Made by a program: the position numbers and the translations under genes. The notes beneath the pieces were generated by a model. That model saw only the letters and a list, made by a program, of their open reading frames with translations. It did no database searches and was not told the DNA's origin. Shown here piece by piece: positions 1 to 12,600 of a stretch of DNA of 64,000 nt. Positions within the stretch are counted from its first letter, which is position 1, and every line of letters starts with the position of its first letter. This DNA comes from Camelus dromedarius (lineage: Eukaryota), in NCBI RefSeq assembly GCF_036321535.1, contig NC_087436.1, forward strand, positions 68,574,001 through 68,638,000, given 5' to 3'.

Positions 1-709
1 GTCCTTTCTAAATAGAGCTTTTATTTCCCTAGGATCCAATTAAATATATTTCCCTTTCCATAATCTCCACAGCAGATTCTCTAGTTCTAAATTCTAGCAA
101 TTCCAATGAAGCTTCAATAGATTTTGTTAAAATCTAATTTGACCAATTTATCAAACAGAAGTCTTTTTAATTATCTAGTTAAAAACCAGAGATATGAAAT
201 GTACTATAAGTCCTTTTCCAATGGAAATTTTCTACATTACATTTTTTTTGTTACTGGAAATAAGTGAAGTTTATCCATTTTTATGTTTCTCTCAAGTTGT
301 CTTTTTGCTGGCTCAAACTCAACCCATACCTCCTTTTGTAAAAATACATTAACTTACAAGGATGGTAAAAGGCTATATATATCACCCATTTCACAAGTAA
401 AACACAGTATGAGACTGATTATAATCACTCAGAATTCCTTAAAAATACTAATTCTTCAGTCCCACACTATATCCACTGAATCAAAACCTCAGGGACATTT
501 CTTCATAATTCTTTTTCTTGAAAAGAGTTCTAAATTGATTTTGATGGTCTTTCAAATTGGGAATCACTTGTGCAATCAACCAAGAATCAAAAGATATAGC
601 TATAGTCTACTCCTAGTTCTAATTATTTGGATGTTTGGTTCCTCATCTGAAAAAATGAAGACGTCAGAATATACTCCTAAGGTCTACTTATTTCCAACAT
701 CTTATAAAG

Positions 710-938
710 ATGTGTCTTTATAAGAGGAGAGAAGGACACACACACAGAGGAAAGACCATGTGAGACAGAGGGAGAAGACAACCATCAACAAAGCCAATGA
801 GAAAGGCCTCAGAAGAAATCAGCTCTACTGACACATTGATCTTAGACTTACAGCTTCTGGAACTGTAAGAAATAAATTTCTGTTGTTTAAGCCACTAAGT
901 CTATGCTATTTGTTATGGCAGTCCTAGCAAACAAATTC
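710..938 (+). mobile_element. MaLR LTR fragment (MLT1A/B/C-like)
   Basis: Typical MLT1 3' end: ...gaactgtaagaaataaatttctgttgtttaagccact...gttatggcagtcctagcaaac. Confidence 0.75.
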
Positions 939-2364
939 AATGAGTTATCTGGGATACCTGAATATATGCAGAATCCTAAGATGCCCTCAGACTTCCTGAA
1001 TTAATTCTGGGGGCTGGTCCAGAAACCTGCTCTTTTAAAACACACCACAATAAAGTTTGTGAAATACTTCTTTAAAATCTACTGTAATACTAGTGTGTTA
1101 ACTGATGTGTAGATTACAAAAGATCTATTCTCTTATTCCCAACGGCCTCACAATTAAGTTAGTCCAAATACAGATAAGCAACAAGAGACTTAAGAGTGCC
1201 AATTTGTTACCATCTCTAAATGTTAAAGGTGAATTCCTGCAATCTAAAAGAAATGCAGTTCTTAACACAGAACGTTTGGAAAAAAAAAAAAAAAGGACTC
1301 CTAAAGATGGTGAGGCAATGTGGTTGATTGAAATAAAGTAAAAAGAAATGGACAAGGGAGACAGAGATCAAAGCCCAGGGCCTGTCCAAGGTGGAGAATC
1401 TAATAGAAGACCACCAACACATTTAGCTGGGAGAAACAACAGGAAAAGAGCCACAAAAACTGGAGAAACTGAAATTGGCAGACCATAAAATGGCCCTCAC
1501 AATTTAAATAAAAGATGTTAGAAAATATCTGCAGAATATAGGGAACTATAAAAAGTCATCTAGCAGTTTTAAAAGAGAGAACCAAACAGAACTACTAAAT
1601 ATAGAACTACTGAAAAATATAACCAAAATTATAGAAGAAAGGGTAATAAACATAGAAGGCAGAGTAAGTCTACAATGCTTGATGAGAATCATCATAGAAG
1701 AGAATGGGTGAAGAGGCATAGCTGAAGGAGTAATAGACCTGAGACTTTCTCAGAACTAACAAAAGGTACAAATCTAGATTCAAAGAGTTGAACAAACCCT
1801 AAACAGGATTAATAAAAGAAATCCATACCCAGACACATAATAACTACACTGCATAAAATGAAAGCAGATAAATATATTTTTAAAAAGATGCAGTATTTAG
1901 TTGACAGCTGACTCAACAGCCACAGGGGAAGGTCATAAGAGAGTAAAAAATATCTCCAATATGTTGAAAGATAATAAAAGTCGGATTAGAATTTTACCAT
2001 TGAGCAAAAATATCTCAGTGGAATGGGAGCGAAATTAAGGTATTTTCAGACAAAGAAATCATGAGCAAGTATACCACCAGTGGACTCTCACAAAATAAAA
2101 TTCTAAAGGAAGTATTTCAGATAGAAAGAAATTCATTCCAGATGGTAAGCCTGACGCACAAAGGAGAATAAAGAGTAAAGAAACTGATATATGTGTGAGT
2201 AAAGAAGTGATATGTGTGTGTGCATAAATACAAACACTGACTATATAAACAAAATAAAGAAGTCTTAGAGAATTAAAAGACACTAAGGTATTTGACAACA
2301 AAATTAAAATACCTAAGAGAAATAAAATACATGATCAGAGTATGCAGGCTGGCAAAGAGAGTTG

Positions 2365-2900
2365 TTGCAGTCATTACGACTGTGTAACAAGTAACCCCAA
2401 TACTTAGTTGCACAAACAATCCATACTCACAGGTTCTGTGGGGCAGGAACTTGGCAGGGCACAGCAGGGAGTGCTTGTCTCTGCTCCCTGAGGTCTAAGG
2501 TCTGGAATGGTCTGAGAGCTTGCTTACTCACATGTGTGACACTTGATAGTGACTGCAGTTGGGAGCCTCAGTTTCTCTCTTGGGGCTAAGTTAAGGCTTC
2601 CTCACAGCATGATGTCTGGGTTCCAGGGCTGAGCTTTCCATGAGGGAGAGCGAGCGAGCAAGAGCGAAAGAGCCAGCCAAGCAGAAGCCACACAGCCTGT
2701 TCTGGTTTAACCTCAGAAGTCATACAGAGTCACACATACTGCTTTCTGTTATATTAGTTGAGGCAGTCATAAATCCTTGTTTGAGTTCAAGGTATGTGAA
2801 AACATTTTGTCTCTAGATGGTGGTTGTAGGGTAACAAGCTTCCAAAAGAGCATGTCAGATTGCAAATATTGCTGTGGCCATCTTTGGAAATTATAATCTT
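2365..2900 (-). mobile_element. MaLR LTR (MLT1H-K-like)
   Basis: ctgtgtaacaagtaaccccaatacttag...ctcacaggttctgtggggcaggaacttggcagggc...gcttgtctctgctcc. Confidence 0.65.
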
Positions 2901-4674
2901 TCAAAACGTAAAAATGATTAGCTTTAGTCTGACTTAGTCTGAACACACATGTTGTAATACACGGTAATCACCAAAAGATAAAAGCCACTAAACCAGTAAA
3001 GAAAAAAAATGTGTATAGCTCAGGAAAACAGAAACCATATCATTTATATTAAGAAAGAATTTAACATAAGGAATTGCTTAAACAGGTTGTGAGAGAACTG
3101 AAAATGCTGGCAAGGGTCCCAACTATTAAAGGAAAAAGGGTAGGATTATTAGAATCTGGAAGCCTAAAAGAGATCCTGCAGAGTGCCAGAGAAAAGGTAG
3201 AGCCTGGGAACCAGCCACAACTACTAGGAGAAAAGCCACTGCTGAGGTGATGCTGACAATCAGGAAGCAAATGGCAATGGTCAGTCTCTTCTCCCTCTCT
3301 CCAGCTTTCCAGTCTCCTTCTAGTGTCTTCTATTTGTGGAACCTAAGGGAAGCTAGATGGCGAAAGAGGTTAGTTTTCAAAGTTCCAGAATACAGAATTG
3401 AGTTAATAATTGGCATAAATGGAATAAAAAAAATGAAGTACAAATTTTAAAAGGTAAGAAAATAGAGAACAAGAATCATAGAACAGGCTAGACAACAAAC
3501 CTCCATAAAATAAAATGGCAGAAATAAATCCTAGTAATTACATGAAATGTAAATGGTTTTAGTGTTCCAGTTAAAAGGCTAAGAATATCAAATTGGATTT
3601 AAAAAACCCTAAAATCAAAATTCTATGCTACAAATGAAGAAACACTCTCCTGAAAAACTCAAGAGTTAAAGAGGAACCACCCCTAATGGAAATGGAAAAT
3701 ATTTTAACTCAATATTATTATGTATCAAAATTTGTGGAATATGGCTACAACAGTAATTAGAATATAATGTAATTATACTACAGTAATATAGACATATTTA
3801 TAACTTTTAAATGGTTATGTTGGAAGACAAGCTGAAAATGAATGAGGTAAGTATCCATCTCAAGTTAGAAACAAAAACAGTAAAAAAACTCCAAACAAAA
3901 TAGAAAAAATAATATTGATAAAAGCAGAAATTAATGAAACAGAAAACAAACGTACAATAGAGGATTAAGAAAACCAAAATTCAGATCTTAGAAAAGACTA
4001 ACACTGTCCCTATTTGAAGATTATGTAGAATATCCGAAACAATTTACAAATAACTTACAAGAATCATTAGAGGTAAGTTTTCCAGATACAGAAGCAATAC
4101 AAAGATACCAATTACATTTTACACATAATCAAAAATTAGGAAATAAAGTGGGCTGAGTAATCTGGATTAACATTCTCACTTGAGAATATTTAGAAAAACT
4201 GCACAGAATATATTTGAAAAAGTGCTGGATGGCATCAGAAAGCTAAACTAATGAATAATTATTAGGCTAATATCTGGGAGAAAAATAGAAATTCATAAAG
4301 AAAATGAATTTTTCATTTGTGACCACTTGTACCCTGGAGCTTTTTTTGCAGATTTGTAAGAGGCCACAGAGAAGCTAAGCAGAGCTAAGGGACTAGATTC
4401 AAAGGTGGAGTGCAGTACCAGTCACGGGGTCAGGGCTCTGACTCTGGTAACCCCAACTCACACTTACCAAGTCTGAAGGGTTTTTGGAGTAAGGGTTAAC
4501 AGGAAGTAAGGGCACTAGTTCAATCAGCTCAGCTCTGAGTCACATAGATGACTCAGAAAATTTCAGTCTCTGTAAGTGGGTCAAAATGATCCTGAATTAC
4601 TAGTGCCCAAGTGCCTGGTAGAGCATATGAAAAAACTCTGTGGAAATGAAAATATCATGTTGGGCATCAAATTA

Positions 4675-4875
4675 CAGTTGATCCCTGAACAACATGGGAA
4701 TTAGGCCATCACTCTTCTGCACAGCTTAAAATCTGTATATGACTTTACAATTGGTCCTCGTATCCAAGGTTCCACATTCATGGATCATGTAATACTGTAG
4801 GATGTATTCAGTGAAAAAAATCCGCATATAAGCAAATCCATGCAGTTCAAACTTGTGTTGTTCAAGGGTCAACTA
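4675..4875. mobile_element. Tigger2-family MITE (MER8-like), Tc1/mariner
   Basis: Terminal inverted repeats cagttgatccctgaacaaca ... tgttgttcaagggtcaact, with TA on both sides. Confidence 0.85.
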
Positions 4876-6537
4876 TATTTCTATAATCAAGTTTTCAAAT
4901 ATAGTATTGGCATTTAATTAAAGATAACCACACATAACCACACACACAAGGATACAAGATAATGAGAATCAGCAGAAACCAAAATATAGAAAGAGACCCA
5001 CAGGAGAGTTTCAGATATGGGAATTATTAAATACAGACTATAAAATAATAACACTTTTCATGTTCAGATAGATAAAAGATAAAATTTCAGCAGGACAACT
5101 AGAAACTGCAAAATGACAGATTTGCATATTTGAAATTAGAAATTTGAGAACTGAAAATACAAAGGGCTAAAAATAACCAAGACACTCTTACAAAACAGTA
5201 AATTGGGAGGACTTATTCTGCCAGATATCAAAAACAATGTATCAGCTATAGTGATGAAGACAGAATACTAGCATAGGGACAGAACAACAAGGAGGAACAA
5301 AAGTCCAGAAAGAGAAGTATACATATACGGATATGACATACGACTTTGGCAGCACTGCAGAAAAATACAGAAAAAGTAAATGGTGGTGAGGCACTTTCTA
5401 GCATACATAAAATTTCTTGTGAATTATAAACTTTAAATGTGAAAGTCAAAACTAAAGCTTTAGAAGACAGCAAAGAAGAGTATATTCATGACTTTGTGGT
5501 TCGAGAGAATAACTTTTAACAATTTGCAAAAAACTCTAACCTTAAAACAAAAAATTGATACTTCTCAGTACTCAACCATTAGCAAATTCTTTTTATCAAA
5601 GAACATCATAAAGAGAGGGAAAGGCAAGTCAGAGTGGAAGAAAACATTTGCAACTATACAGCCAAGTAAGAACAGAATGTATAAAGATCTTTTATGAATC
5701 AATGAGGAAAAAAACCTCCCAACACAACAGACGAATGGGCAAAAGAACTGAAAAGACACATTGCAAAATAGAAAGTCAGAGTGGCCAACAAACATATAAG
5801 GTGCTTAATTTCAAAGTAATGAGGGAAATGCAGAGTAAAACTTTAATGAGATATAACTGCACATCTACCAGATTGGCAAAATTTAAAAAAAAGGTCTGTT
5901 TACACCAGTGTTGAGCAAAGTGGAAAAACAGGACATCTCTACTGCTCAGGAAGAACTTTTGTTAGTATCGAATATAATTTAAGATGTGAATACCCTATGG
6001 CCAAGCACTTCCATTCCTAGGCATAAACTTTAGTTGTACTAGGAGATACATACAATGTTCCTTGTAGAACTGTGATTGCCCCAAACAAAAAACATCCCAA
6101 GTTGTCCACAGTCAATAGGCTGAATAAATAAATAGTGGTATATTAATGCAAAGGTAAATTATACATCAATGAAGATGAAGGAAGCATGGTTATAAGCAAA
6201 CATGGATAAATACCATGCTGAAGGAAAGAAGCAGTCACCAAAGAGTACAGTATGATTCTATTTATATTAAGTTAAAAAACCACCAAAAGTAAACTGTAAT
6301 GTTTAGGTATATACATAGGTGGTAACGCTATAAATAAAAACAAAGACACAGTTATCACTAAAGGGACAATGCTAGTTGCCAGAGGGTACATGTGGGGAAG
6401 CTGACTGTGACTGGGAAGGACTACCAAGGGAGTTTCTGGGCTGTTGTCAGTGTTCTATTGATTTGAGAGTTGTTTAAGTAGTTACTTTAAAATTATTTCT
6501 TAAGCTGTGTATTCATATTTTATGTACTCTCTTGAAA

Positions 6538-6598
6538 TAATTAATTAATTAATTAATTAATTAATTAATTAAATAATTTAATTAATTAAATAAATAAA
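6538..6598. repeat. (TTAA)n / (TAAA)n simple repeat
   Basis: Directly visible at the end of the L1 3' fragment. Confidence 0.95.
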
Positions 6599-6599
6599 G

Positions 6600-9491
6600 C
6601 TAAGACATGGCAAGAGAAAAATGAACAAATTACCTACTGAATACTTACTGTGACCCCCAAGACGGCAATTTCCTGGTTAAATTTTAAATTTGTTAAAAGT
6701 AAAATAGTTAAACCCATATCTAGTGATTGTATACTAAATGGTTATATATTCACAATCACAGTGAATTTTTGGTAATATTCATTACAGTTGAAAGGATTAT
6801 TAGGTTAAGAGATTGTTTTCCCCTCAAGATCACAAGAAAACAAATTTTCTGTCTTCATTTTTCCAATTATAAGATAGTGGACTCTAAACATTCTTGACTT
6901 ATTTTATGCCTTGCCATTGGCTCCACCAGGGAGTGCTATAATAGCCAAAAACTAAAAATAAAGATACATATCTACCAAAAAAAAAAAGATACATATCTAT
7001 TTCCAAGTTCTACCTTTGGGACAATTTAGAGGAACTTATAGATGAGCAACATAATGCTTTGAATTCTAAAAAAAGAATGGACTTCAGAAATCCCCAATCA
7101 ACAGTGTAGGATTTACCAGATTTTCTAGGTTTTACAAGGTCACCACCATTCCCTTCAACTGTTTTAACAGAATTTCCAGGAGCCAAAAGCACTTCAAAGT
7201 AATGTCCCTCCATATCCAGTGAATGTTGTATCTCCATGATTGCAAACCTTGAAAACTAGGAAACACTAAGGCAACACTACTCATAAAATGAAGAGTAAAA
7301 CTGGAATCTCTGGAGTCAGCTATGGAACAGGATTTACAAAGATACTGTCAAATTACTTAATCATTTTTAATAAGTAAAAAATCACTCAGTTGTACAGTCT
7401 AATCACTAATTTTTGCACCTGATATTTCAATCACCAACAGTGATCTCATGGTACAGAAATAAAACAGATAATGAAAAAAACTGTCATTAAATTCACACTG
7501 GCTTTCCAGCTGAGTAGAATTAAATAGAAGAGATTAATGGCAATAACCATTACCTACAGAAAAAAAAAAGACAAAATGGTTTCAAGTTTAATCATAAAAT
7601 GAACTCAATCCTTGTTAATTTTGTTTGAATCTGCTAAAGTACTGATCTCTATAAATAAGAACTGATAGCATGGTGCTAAATTTAATTCTGAAGAGATGTG
7701 GAGATTTAGACCAAATATAAACAAGTGATTAGATCACAACTGAGAATTAGTGAATACTACTGGGAAAATACCAGTTCCTGTCATAGAGCACAAAACAAGT
7801 GAAAGTGGGAAACTGGCTTCTTAGAGACGTTCCAAGCCATAGAGCTTTGACATTCCTGGATTCAACTGTAAGCATACTAATTTTAAACATTATACTTGTA
7901 ATATAAATGATGGGAGAGGGTAGGATATGGTCAATCAAAATTAAACTGCTTATTTCAAAGGTAGCCATTTCCTTTAAACTCATCATGTCCACTTATCCTC
8001 ACCTCCAATGCACAGATCATCCTTTAATCATACAAATTCACCCTCCACTCCCAAATATATTTTCCCAGTTGGATGATACTTTTACAAAAGAATGAAACAA
8101 TAGAGCTGGCTGACTTAAGTAATTTAAACTACTTGTAAGTAGAAAAAAATGGAGGTTAAGTACAGAGTATGAAAAGACACCAAACTGGAGTAATACTGAC
8201 CTGAATCTAGTTTTTAATTTATCAAAGTACCTATTTATGGTCTGAACGGGAGAGCAGAAGGAAAGTAGCTAGAGAGAAATAACTTATTCTGTGTAAAATA
8301 ATGCAAATTGCTTAAGAATGCATAATAGCCTAGGAAATGAAAGAAGTATTTGCTGTTTTCACCGAATTCAGTGTTTACATCATTTTAATGAAACTATTTC
8401 TATGAACATTCGCAATAGTTCTTATCAGAAACAGAAAGTTTCTATCAGTAAAGACCTAAAAATGTAAATTTTTATCTTTGTCAATTCCTTTTCTGGGAAT
8501 GTGGAATTAAATAATATATTTCCCTTTAAAATAAAACATTAAATTGTTTTTTTCTGTCCATTAGGTTGTTGGAAGAAAAAAAAAATCAAGACTCAACTAG
8601 TGATAATTTTTTAATTTCTACTTTTCATCTATTTCTAAGGACACTCTCTCTACAAAAACTTTTAGTCTTATATACTCTGACAATCAGGTTTAGAGTTTCA
8701 AATAAATAAAATAGCCACATTAGAAGGCATACTGAAGAATCAAATAACTAGCCATATTTATCTGTTCACATTCACGGATTCTATAAGAAGGACATCAGAG
8801 TCCATATAATATTGTTAACATTTATCCAGTTTAACACCTATCACTGGACACGCTCATAACTCACAACACTGATGCTATTAACAAAGATCCTGCTTTTGAG
8901 GGGACAGTGATAAAACAAACTCTGGTTAAACTAGCAGAGGTAATAGGACAGTAAACTGTACAATTTTAAATGTCTTTTCTTCAACCACTGTTATCATCCT
9001 TCCTCTTCCTACTGGTGTTAAATCCAAAATCTAGTCATGAGAGGTGCATAAAGCCAAATGCTATTTGTATAGAAAAATGGGCCTCAAATACTAAACAAAA
9101 AGAAATTCGTAAAATAGGATTAAACTTTTTGGATAGCTGCACTTGTCACTTTCAACTTCTTGATTTTTTTATCTCTTCTGGCCTTGGATATGCATTTTTC
9201 CTTCTTTTCATCCAGAGAGGTTAATACACAAATTTTTTGTAAGCATTAAAAAATGGCATTCCAGTTCAAAGTTGCTTGTGATCGCATCACATCCACACAT
9301 GAAGCACTACACAAGTATATACTATGCTTCAAAATGCTTTATAAATCTTCAGTGTAGTTTTCCACTGATGTAAATTAAGGCTTCATCAAACAGAAATCCA
9401 TAGCATTACGAGCTGATCTTTTTAGCTCCTGAATTGAATGCATTCCTTTCCAAAATCAAGTAGTCCTAGAGTAAATTTAAGACAAGTTCTG
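6600..9491 (-). other. UBA6: Probable UBA6 3' UTR / 3' flank (distal end uncertain)
   Basis: Repeat-poor AT-rich stretch directly after the stop codon, with several minus-strand ATTAAA hexamers (e.g. 8610-8615, 7587-7592). Confidence 0.55.
6919..6938 (+). promoter_or_regulatory. Candidate CTCF binding motif
   Basis: CCACCAGGGAGTGCT matches the core consensus CCACCAGGGGGCGCT at 13/15. Confidence 0.4.
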
Positions 9492-9627
9492 TCAGTCAGT
9501 GTCATGACTAAAGTAGTATCTTACTGGAGGTCCAGGTAAATCTTCATCTCCATCAGTATCTGGAGCAAATGACACAGTAAGATCCACGTATTTCTTTTCA
9601 GTAGAAGGTTTCACAAGTTTATGCATT
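9492..9627 (-). CDS. UBA6: UBA6 exon 33 coding part ([44 protein letters not shown])
   Basis: 136 nt; tag| acceptor; TGA stop at 9492-9494. Confidence 0.96.
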
Positions 9628-12600
9628 CTAAGAAAAAAAGGCAAGGACAAATAATTTGGTAAATTCTGTAAAATGAAAGAGTGATTTGCTGATCAATGTT
9701 ACCCAAAGAATCGGGGCTTGTTTAAATTTATTTTTAAATCTAGTAATTCACCTGCTTTCATATAACTGTCTTCTTTACTAAAAGCTCTAAAACCAAGACA
9801 CTCATTTACCTAACAGTTAATCAATTTTTACCATTGATGGTATTGATAAAGAATACAGACCATTTATTAAAAGAAAAAAACCACCCTCAAAGAAACCCAA
9901 AAGGTAAGCAGTGTTTTAAAAAAACAAAAAACAAAAAACAACAACTCTTCTTTAAACTCCCTGTAAAGTTTGGAGGGTTACCAGACATCTGGTCCTGTCC
10001 AAAATATCCATACGGTTCATAAGATGTTTGGTACACCCCAAAAGTTCCTTGATATTTGCAGGACCATTTGGTCCTGTCTAAAACATTGTAAGACATCTGG
10101 GCCACACTAAAAAGTCCTTGACGTTTGGGATTGTCTATAACTACTTGGCAGGGATCCAATTTCAAGGAATTTTTGGTGTGGACCAAAATATTTTATGGAT
10201 GTTTTGAACAGAACCAAATGTCCTGCAAGGAGTCTGGAAGCATAAGTTCTTTTCAAGCATTTCTACCTAGGGAGTAAAAATCAAGCCAGAGTTACTTCAA
10301 GTGCAAGCTACAAAAATCACCATAAAAGATATTCTTAAGTTTTTCCTTTCCTTCATATCCCATGTATATCCTGCTTACTAAAAAAAAACTTCACTTTTGC
10401 TATTGTCACTGATATTATCATAAACCAAGTCATCATCTATATACCCCTCAGATTATTGCATTAGCTTTTAGCCAGCTCCCTCCAGTCTCTTTCCTACCTC
10501 CAATATATTCTGCTGCCAGAATTTTCTTAAAATGCAAATCTGACATTATTCTCCTGCCTAACAATGTTATCTATCATATATCATGTATCTATCTCATGCT
10601 AGGCTCTGAACTATGTACTGTATTTAGTCCTCAATAACAGGTATTTTCATTTTACAAAGATATTTTGCCCCATCTACAAATTTTCATTCTTCCCACAATT
10701 CATTCTTACCATCTCATCCTTAAGTCATTCCAGATAACTTTATTTCCCAAATAGATTATGTACACTCTTTATTAGCTGCATAATTTTGAACAAACTATTG
10801 CTTTTGCCTGATGTAATCCTTTTTCAAAGATAGCTCAAATGAAATTTACCCTAAGCTGAAGTTTGATACACTAGTGCCCATAGTGTTCTGTAAAAAACTT
10901 TATTATAATAATTATTCAGTTACATTTTAATTACTAACATGTCACTTTTCTTTAGTAGACTATAAACTCCTTGAGGGCAAGGGCTATTTGATAAAATGCA
11001 GATGAAAAAATATTCACAGAAGTAACATTTATGGGATACTTCTTACTTGCTGTAACACTGCTAGCCCTCACTATTATTTTAATGCTCAATAGCCTTGGGC
11101 ACAATCATCCCTATATGTGGACAGAAAACTAAGTTTGAAAAGTTCAGTAAGCTATTTAATGTGACAAAACAATTAAGGAGCTACACAAGGATGGGAACCC
11201 AGGTCTTTCTGAAGTCAAGTTTGTCTAGCCACTTACAGGTACTCAGTAAGTATTTGCTAAATGCATAATGTAATAAAATGAGAAGTATCATTCTCAAAAC
11301 ATATCATGCTGGAGGTTTCAAATATTGGCCAACTCTAAAAAGCTTTTTTGTGAATTATCTGCAGTAAAATTTAAATTCCATTAATCAATACACTTCAGGA
11401 CCACACATTCCACTCTCATCTAGGTAGTAAACAATAAATACTACTATCAGTTTATCCAAAAGATACTTAGGGATCTAAATGAAAAACAAGAAAGCAAATT
11501 AATGTCATAAATAATATAATAGTAATTTTATTTAAAAATAGATAATTAAACCCAGATTATAATAATTAAAATGTGATTAACCTTATTAATAATCAGTTAA
11601 ACTGACAAGCATGTTGAGACACTCATCATGCAGAGGGTCATTTATTTGTGACAAATATTTTTATATGCTAATTTCATGTAAAAAGTTTTAGAATTTCTTA
11701 TTAAGGTGTAATTGACATAACATTATATTAGTTTCAGGTGTGCAAGGTGATGATTTGATATTTGTATATACTGCAAAATGAACAACAAATATTTACTCAT
11801 GCCTATTATGTGCCAGGCATTGGTCTAGGTGCTTGAGACACATCAATGTCCAGATCAAATATAGATTCCTGCCCTTGTGAATGAAGCTTAAGTTCTAGTG
11901 GAGGGGAGACAGATAGTAAGTAATATAATAGCAATAAGACAGTGATAAATGCTATGAAAGAGAGAAAAAGTAGAGCAGAGAAAAGGGCTAGATTAGGTAT
12001 GCTAGGCTAATATTAAGTAGGGTTCAGAGAGGCCTCTTCAGGAAGTCCAGAGACCAGAGATGAAAGTTAGATGGCCATCTCAGAAAGAGTTGCAAACAGA
12101 AGGAACAACTAGAGCAAAAGTCTCATGCTGAAGACTGGAATGTTCAAGGGAAAGAAATAGAATCTTGTAGACAAGGGGACAGAAGTATGAAAGGAACTTA
12201 GAGAGGTAAGTGGGAACCAGATCACTTAGGGGCTTGCAGACCACTGCACAGACTGGCTGTTTTTGTTCCCTCTCTTCTTTTGGGTCTCTGCTCAAATGCC
12301 AGCTTATCTGGTGAAAATATGACAGGCAGAGGGAATACCTGACTACTCAATATACTGTACCAACTTAACACCTCCTATTCTGCTTTATTTCTCCATAGCA
12401 CTTACCACCATCTGACATACATATCTAATGGTTGTGCAAACTCTTCAGGGAGGGCAGGAACTTTGCTTTGCTCATTGCTGTATCCCTAATGCTTACAAAA
12501 GCACCTGGCATATAGCAGCCATTCTTAAAAAAAAACCTGAATAAATGAATGAAAATAATAATTTGGCATTTTTAAAAACACTTCAGCCTCATAAGCCTAG

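Larger units (their letters stand above)
1500..6535 (+). mobile_element. Cluster of decayed old L1 fragments (ORF1-like about 1500-2330; ORF2 and 3' UTR-like pieces to 6535), interrupted by LTRs and a MITE
   Basis: A-rich L1-like motifs, e.g. aaaccctaaacaggattaataaaagaaatccatacccagacacat and agggaaatgcagagtaaaac; ORFs 5488 and 5648 resemble a degenerate ORF2 C-terminus. Confidence 0.7.

Noticed and set aside
283..723. 146-aa plus-strand ORF, and the other unspliced ORFs in the track that do not contain UBA6 exons
   Set aside because: No recognisable domain, composition typical of AT-rich non-coding DNA, and many lie inside fossil repeats.
1..1500. Possible terminal exon of the neighbouring gene (STAP1 lies tail-to-tail with UBA6 in human, from recall)
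   Set aside because: I could not recognise any STAP1 coding sequence here.
9477..9494. Stop-codon readthrough at TGA-C
   Set aside because: Context is TGA CAG, not the efficient TGA CTAG, and a TAA follows after four codons (Q-N-L-S).
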